A DNA stretch of 63,483 nucleotides, filler included. It is 5 parts of 5 records of this genome, joined end to end, with 100 filler letters (N's around TTAATTAATTAA, not from the genome) between each part and the next. Parts side by side here need not be neighbours in the genome. Positions count along the whole stretch, not along the records: positions 57,924 to 63,483 come from DRR723986_10878; 4 more parts are not named here. One strand, 5' to 3'. Positions within the stretch are counted from its first letter, which is position 1; every line of letters begins with the position of its first letter. This document shows, one piece after another, positions 59,731 to 63,483 of the stretch. The notes under the pieces are model-generated. The model saw only the letters and a program-made list of their open reading frames with translations. It had not been told where the DNA came from and searched no databases. The translations under genes and the position numbers were made by a program.

Positions 59731-60765
59731 TTACCCGATATAGGTACGATTGTACCGCGCCCCAAGCGAGGTCAGGATTTCATAGCCGATGGTTCTGGCG
59801 AAACCGGCAACCGTATCAACGGATTGATGTTGCCCAAGCAGTTGCAATTGCGCTGGGGCGTGATCCAGCGCAGTTACATCAATGGTCAACATGTCCATAG
59901 AAACACGCCCCACCACGGGCAATTTCTGCCCTTCACAGGTGACAGTCGCGCTGCCGCCCATGGCGCGGATCAGCCCATCGGCATAGCCTGCGGCGACAGT
60001 CGCAATGCGGGTTGGCCGCTGCGCAACAAATGTATTGCCATAACCCACAGTTTCGCCCGGCTCCACGTCTCGGATTTGAATAACCGGCAGATCAAGCGTC
60101 ACGACAGGTGCAGCATCTACAAAGGGCAGGCCGCCATACAGGCCAACGCCGGGACGGGTCAGATCAAAATGGTAATCCCGGCCCAATAGGATACCGCCCG
60201 TGGCCGCAAGCGAAAGCGGCGCCTGAACCCCCTGGACCATCTCCTTGAAGCTGGCCAATTGCGCCGCATTCATCGGGTGATCCGGTTCATCCGCGCAGGC
60301 CAGATGCGACATCACCAATCGCAAATCCTGTGCCTCTGCAATGTCGCGCAGAGCGGCCCATTCGGCGGGCTCCATGCCAAGCCGGTTCATGCCGCTGTCC
60401 AGTTGCACGCCAAAATGGTGCCCCGGCAAGGCCTCGACCTGTGTCAGCAATTGATCTACCGAATTGATCATCGGCACCAGATCGGCCTGCTGTAACAGCG
60501 GCGCATCACCGTCCATATGACCCGACAGGATCAGGATCTCGGGGCCGGGGCCAAGCACGCGGCGCAGGGCTGCGCCTTCTTCGGCAGCCGCGACAAAGAA
60601 CTGCTGCGCCCCAGCGGCGGCGAGGGCCGGACCAACCCGTTCGATGCCAAGACCATAGGCATCTGCCTTGATCACGGCGGCGGTGGCGCAATCTGTGAGG
60701 CGGTTCAGGGCCTGCCAGTTGCTTGCAATGGCGGAAAGGTCGATGGTGAGATGCGCAGTTGTCAT
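59731..60765 (-). CDS. alr: alanine racemase
   Basis: [11 protein letters not shown] (PLP lysine), [21 protein letters not shown] and GRVSMD motifs. Confidence 0.97.
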   Translation of the reverse strand: MTTAHLTIDLSAIASNWQALNRLTDCATAAVIKADAYGLGIERVGPALAAAGAQQFFVAAAEEGAALRRVLGPGPEILILSGHMDGDAPLLQQADLVPMINSVDQLLTQVEALPGHHFGVQLDSGMNRLGMEPAEWAALRDIAEAQDLRLVMSHLACADEPDHPMNAAQLASFKEMVQGVQAPLSLAATGGILLGRDYHFDLTRPGVGLYGGLPFVDAAPVVTLDLPVIQIRDVEPGETVGYGNTFVAQRPTRIATVAAGYADGLIRAMGGSATVTCEGQKLPVVGRVSMDMLTIDVTALDHAPAQLQLLGQHQSVDTVAGFARTIGYEILTSLGARYNRTYIG

Positions 60766-60954
60766 GGGCATCTGCTGGCGCAAAACCTGCGGTGCGTCAA
60801 GCGATGGCAGGGCAAATACCGGCAAGCTGCCGGTTCGGCGCAGTATTTTCGCGTCAGGGTTATGCAGGCCGACCTCGCGTCAGCTTGACCGCCCCAGACT
60901 TTACAAACCAAGGGCGGGCAAAGCACAGTTGCCGCGAAAGGGGGCATTGAACCC

Positions 60955-61686
60955 ATGCTGCGACTGTCAATCATGTTCAAACATCCCGCGATCTGGATCA
61001 TGGCGCTGGCCTGCGTGCTGGCCTTTGCCGCGATGGCTTTGGCCGCGCCAGCTTGGGTTTGGTGGTTGGTGCCGCTGGGCATCGGGGCGCAATTGTTGAA
61101 TGAATACAATCTGCACCGCCATGTCTTTCACCTTGATCCGCCGCGCCGCCAATGGGCGTTTGATCTGCTTTATCAGGCGCATTATGGGCATCACGATTTC
61201 CCGACCAATCACGGGCTGTTCTTTGTGCCGATCTGGGTGGCTCTGCCGATGCTGGCGTTCAATTTCTTTGCGGTTTGGGGGATTGCCGCGCTCTTTGGGG
61301 CGGCGGATGCGATCTGGATTGCGGTCGCGATTGTGCCTGCGGGCGGGGTCTTGATGTTCATGGTCTATGAATGGTTTCACATGACCGCCCATCTGAACCT
61401 GCCCAAAACCGCCATTGAGCGGCACGTGACCCGGCTGCACAACCAGCATCATTTCCGCGACTTCAGCAAATGGTTCCACGTCAGCCCCGGCGGCGAGATT
61501 ATCGATCGCGCCATGGGCACCGACATCGACCGTGAGGCGCTCAAATCGCAGCAGCGGATCGAGTTTATCCGCACCCTTGGCATGTCACCGGACGATCCAC
61601 GCCTTATCGCGGCGCGGGCGCGTTTTGCGGGCAAATACGGGCTAAGCATGGCGGAAATAACCCAGGCGGCGCGGGTCTCGGCCTAG
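60955..61686 (+). CDS. sterol desaturase / fatty-acid hydroxylase family membrane protein
   Basis: His boxes EYNLHRHVFH, HYGHH, YEWFH and HNQHH. Confidence 0.9.
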   Translation: MLRLSIMFKHPAIWIMALACVLAFAAMALAAPAWVWWLVPLGIGAQLLNEYNLHRHVFHLDPPRRQWAFDLLYQAHYGHHDFPTNHGLFFVPIWVALPMLAFNFFAVWGIAALFGAADAIWIAVAIVPAGGVLMFMVYEWFHMTAHLNLPKTAIERHVTRLHNQHHFRDFSKWFHVSPGGEIIDRAMGTDIDREALKSQQRIEFIRTLGMSPDDPRLIAARARFAGKYGLSMAEITQAARVSA

Positions 61687-61769
61687 GCCAAAGCGCCGCA
61701 ACGTCACCAAAGCATTCCTTGCTCTGTCCCTTTGGCGCTCTAAGCTGAATTGGATATAGGGAGGACATC

Positions 61770-63095
61770 ATGAACAGATCAACACCATTGGCGGCCCTTG
61801 CGGCCAGCGCCAGCCTGATCGGGAGCGCCGCATTGGCCGAAAACCCCATAGATACACAATTGCCAAGCGCACCGGAACTGGCCGCCTATGGCGAGATGCC
61901 CGTGGGCGTGCGCCAGCTTGAGATGGTCAATGCGGACCAGATCAATATTCTGGCCATCGACCCTGCCGCACCCAAGCCGGACGCTTGGCCGCGCTATGAC
62001 CGGCCCTTGACGGTCGAGATGTGGTATCCCGCAGCCGCAGGGGCCAGCGGCGACACCACGCTCAAGGCGTTTCTGCGCGATGGCACAACCGAAGTGACAC
62101 TGACGGGCCGCGCCGTGCGCGATGCCGCACCTGCGCAGACAGACACGGCTTATCCGCTGGTATTGATCAGCCATGGCTATCCGGGCAACCGTTTCCTGCT
62201 GTCCCATCTGGCGGAGAACATCGCGTCAAAGGGCTATGTCGTGGCCTCGATCGACCATACGGACAGCACCTACCGGACGCAGGCGGCGTTTGGCTCTACG
62301 CTTGTGAACCGCTCGCTGGACCAGCTGTTCGTGCTTGAGGAAATGGCGCAGATGGCGACGGAGGGCGGTGATTTTGCCGGGCTATACGATGCAGGCAACA
62401 CCGGTTTGATCGGTTATTCTATGGGCGGTTACGGCGCAATCATCACCGCAGGTGGCGGTGTGACTGAAGCCTCGGTTGGGTATCCTTGGGGCGGGCCGCA
62501 CGGAACGCTTGGCATCCACCAAGCGGGCAGCGAGACCCATAACGCGCTGCCTGACGCACGGATCAAGACCGCCGTAGCCTTTGGCCCTTGGGGTATGAAC
62601 ACCGGGTTCTGGGATGCCGATGGACTGGCGGGGATCCAAATCCCGATGCTGTTCATCGCCGGATCGCAGGACGATGTTTCGCTTTATGAAAACGGTGTGC
62701 GGGCCATCTGGGACAACGCCAGCAATGTGGACCGCGCCTTGCTGACCTATGTCAATGGCGGCCACAACTCCGGTGCCCCGATGCCTGCGCCAAAGGAAAG
62801 CTATTACTTCAACGAAAGCAAAGGCTTTGACATCTCGGAGCACTACACCGATCCGGTCTGGGATTCGGCGCGGATGAACAACATTGCACAGCATTTTGTA
62901 ACCGCGTGGCTGGATTCCCATCTGAAAGGCGATGCCGAGAAAGCCGCCTATCTTGAGCTGACCGAGGATTCAAACGCGGGCGTGTGGTCGATGAACGAAG
63001 ACGGCACGGCCAAGGAAGATCACAGCTATTGGAAAGGTTTTGCCAAGGGCACGGCCAAGGGTCTGAAATACGAGGTCAAAAAGGCCGCTCAATAA
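61770..63095 (+). CDS. secreted alpha/beta hydrolase (predicted dienelactone-hydrolase / PAF-AH-like)
   Basis: Signal peptide, LISHGYPG, nucleophile elbow GYSMG, GSQDD and GGHN. Confidence 0.88.
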   Translation: MNRSTPLAALAASASLIGSAALAENPIDTQLPSAPELAAYGEMPVGVRQLEMVNADQINILAIDPAAPKPDAWPRYDRPLTVEMWYPAAAGASGDTTLKAFLRDGTTEVTLTGRAVRDAAPAQTDTAYPLVLISHGYPGNRFLLSHLAENIASKGYVVASIDHTDSTYRTQAAFGSTLVNRSLDQLFVLEEMAQMATEGGDFAGLYDAGNTGLIGYSMGGYGAIITAGGGVTEASVGYPWGGPHGTLGIHQAGSETHNALPDARIKTAVAFGPWGMNTGFWDADGLAGIQIPMLFIAGSQDDVSLYENGVRAIWDNASNVDRALLTYVNGGHNSGAPMPAPKESYYFNESKGFDISEHYTDPVWDSARMNNIAQHFVTAWLDSHLKGDAEKAAYLELTEDSNAGVWSMNEDGTAKEDHSYWKGFAKGTAKGLKYEVKKAAQ

Positions 63096-63100
63096 GCAAG

Positions 63101-63126
63101 AACGGCGGGCCCATCAGCCCGCCGTT
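63101..63126. terminator. intrinsic terminator-like hairpin between convergent genes
   Basis: AACGGCGGGC-ccatca-GCCCGCCGTT. Confidence 0.7.
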
Positions 63127-63145
63127 TCATACCGTTATCCTGACC

Positions 63146-63483
63146 TCAAAACCCTTCCGGGCTTTGCTGCCAAGGCTTTGCAAGATTGCCAAAGCGGGTG
63201 AACTCGCTTTCAAAGCTCAACTCAACCGTGCCAATTGGACCGTGGCGCTGCTTGCCAATGATCACCTCGGCCTTGGCGTGCAGGCGCGCCATGCGCTCTT
63301 GCCATTCGGCCATTTCATCAAGCCGTTCTTCGCCGGGCTTTTCCCGCTCGACGTAGTATTCTTCGCGGAACACAAACATCACAACATCCGCATCCTGTTC
63401 GATAGACCCCGATTCCCGCAGATCCGAAAGCTGCGGTCGCTTGTCTTCGCGGCTTTCCACCTGACGCGACAGCTGGGACAGGG
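63146..63483 (-). CDS. dnaB: replicative DNA helicase, C-terminal part
   Basis: [32 protein letters not shown] and KQRHGPIG motifs. Confidence 0.97.
   Translation of the reverse strand, partial: LSQLSRQVESREDKRPQLSDLRESGSIEQDADVVMFVFREEYYVEREKPGEERLDEMAEWQERMARLHAKAEVIIGKQRHGPIGTVELSFESEFTRFGNLAKPWQQSPEGF

Noticed and set aside
1-63483. CRISPR arrays, cas genes, prophage, retron or other defence systems
   Set aside because: No regularly spaced repeats or recognisable motifs seen by eye; the CPBP/Abi-family gene alone is not evidence of phage defence

Overview
The window is not one locus. It is five contigs joined by 100-nt artificial spacers (N44-TTAATTAATTAA-N44) at 21473-21572, 41426-41525, 48435-48534 and 57824-57923; the taxonomic assignments below are inferred from gene content. 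(1) 1-21472, Planctomycete-like DNA: a flavodoxin-2 oxidoreductase with an extra C-terminal domain, an RND permease, a LysR/MFS pair, GNAT, acyltransferase-3, nadB, a large secreted DUF5060-type protein, a TetR/CPBP pair and a PQQ-propeller protein. (2) 21573-41425, an AT-richer alphaproteobacterial-type accessory island littered with IS remnants (IS21 end, IS110, IS3, IS6, IS66). It holds a dense phosphorelay/c-di-GMP cluster (3 Hpt, 3 histidine kinases, 3 single-domain receivers, an OmpR regulator, a diguanylate cyclase). It also holds an operon of a REC-TackOD1(11-Cys)-GGDEF-like protein, a processive GT2 synthase, a membrane-fusion protein and an Hpt. This operon is the best candidate for an undescribed system: a signal-controlled, synthase-dependent polysaccharide module. 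(3) 41526-48434, Rhodobacteraceae-type origin region: rho-mnmE-mnmG-rsmG-parA-parB and hemW, with two perfect parS sites. (4) 48535-57823, actinobacterial (Microbacteriaceae-like) DNA: csp, a TPP riboswitch with an ECF transporter (ATPase-T fusion), tRNA-His, orn and MacAB-like genes. (5) 57924-63483, Rhodobacteraceae-type radA, pqiA-like, alr, desaturase, hydrolase and dnaB. All family calls come from motif recognition by eye; no database searches were run.
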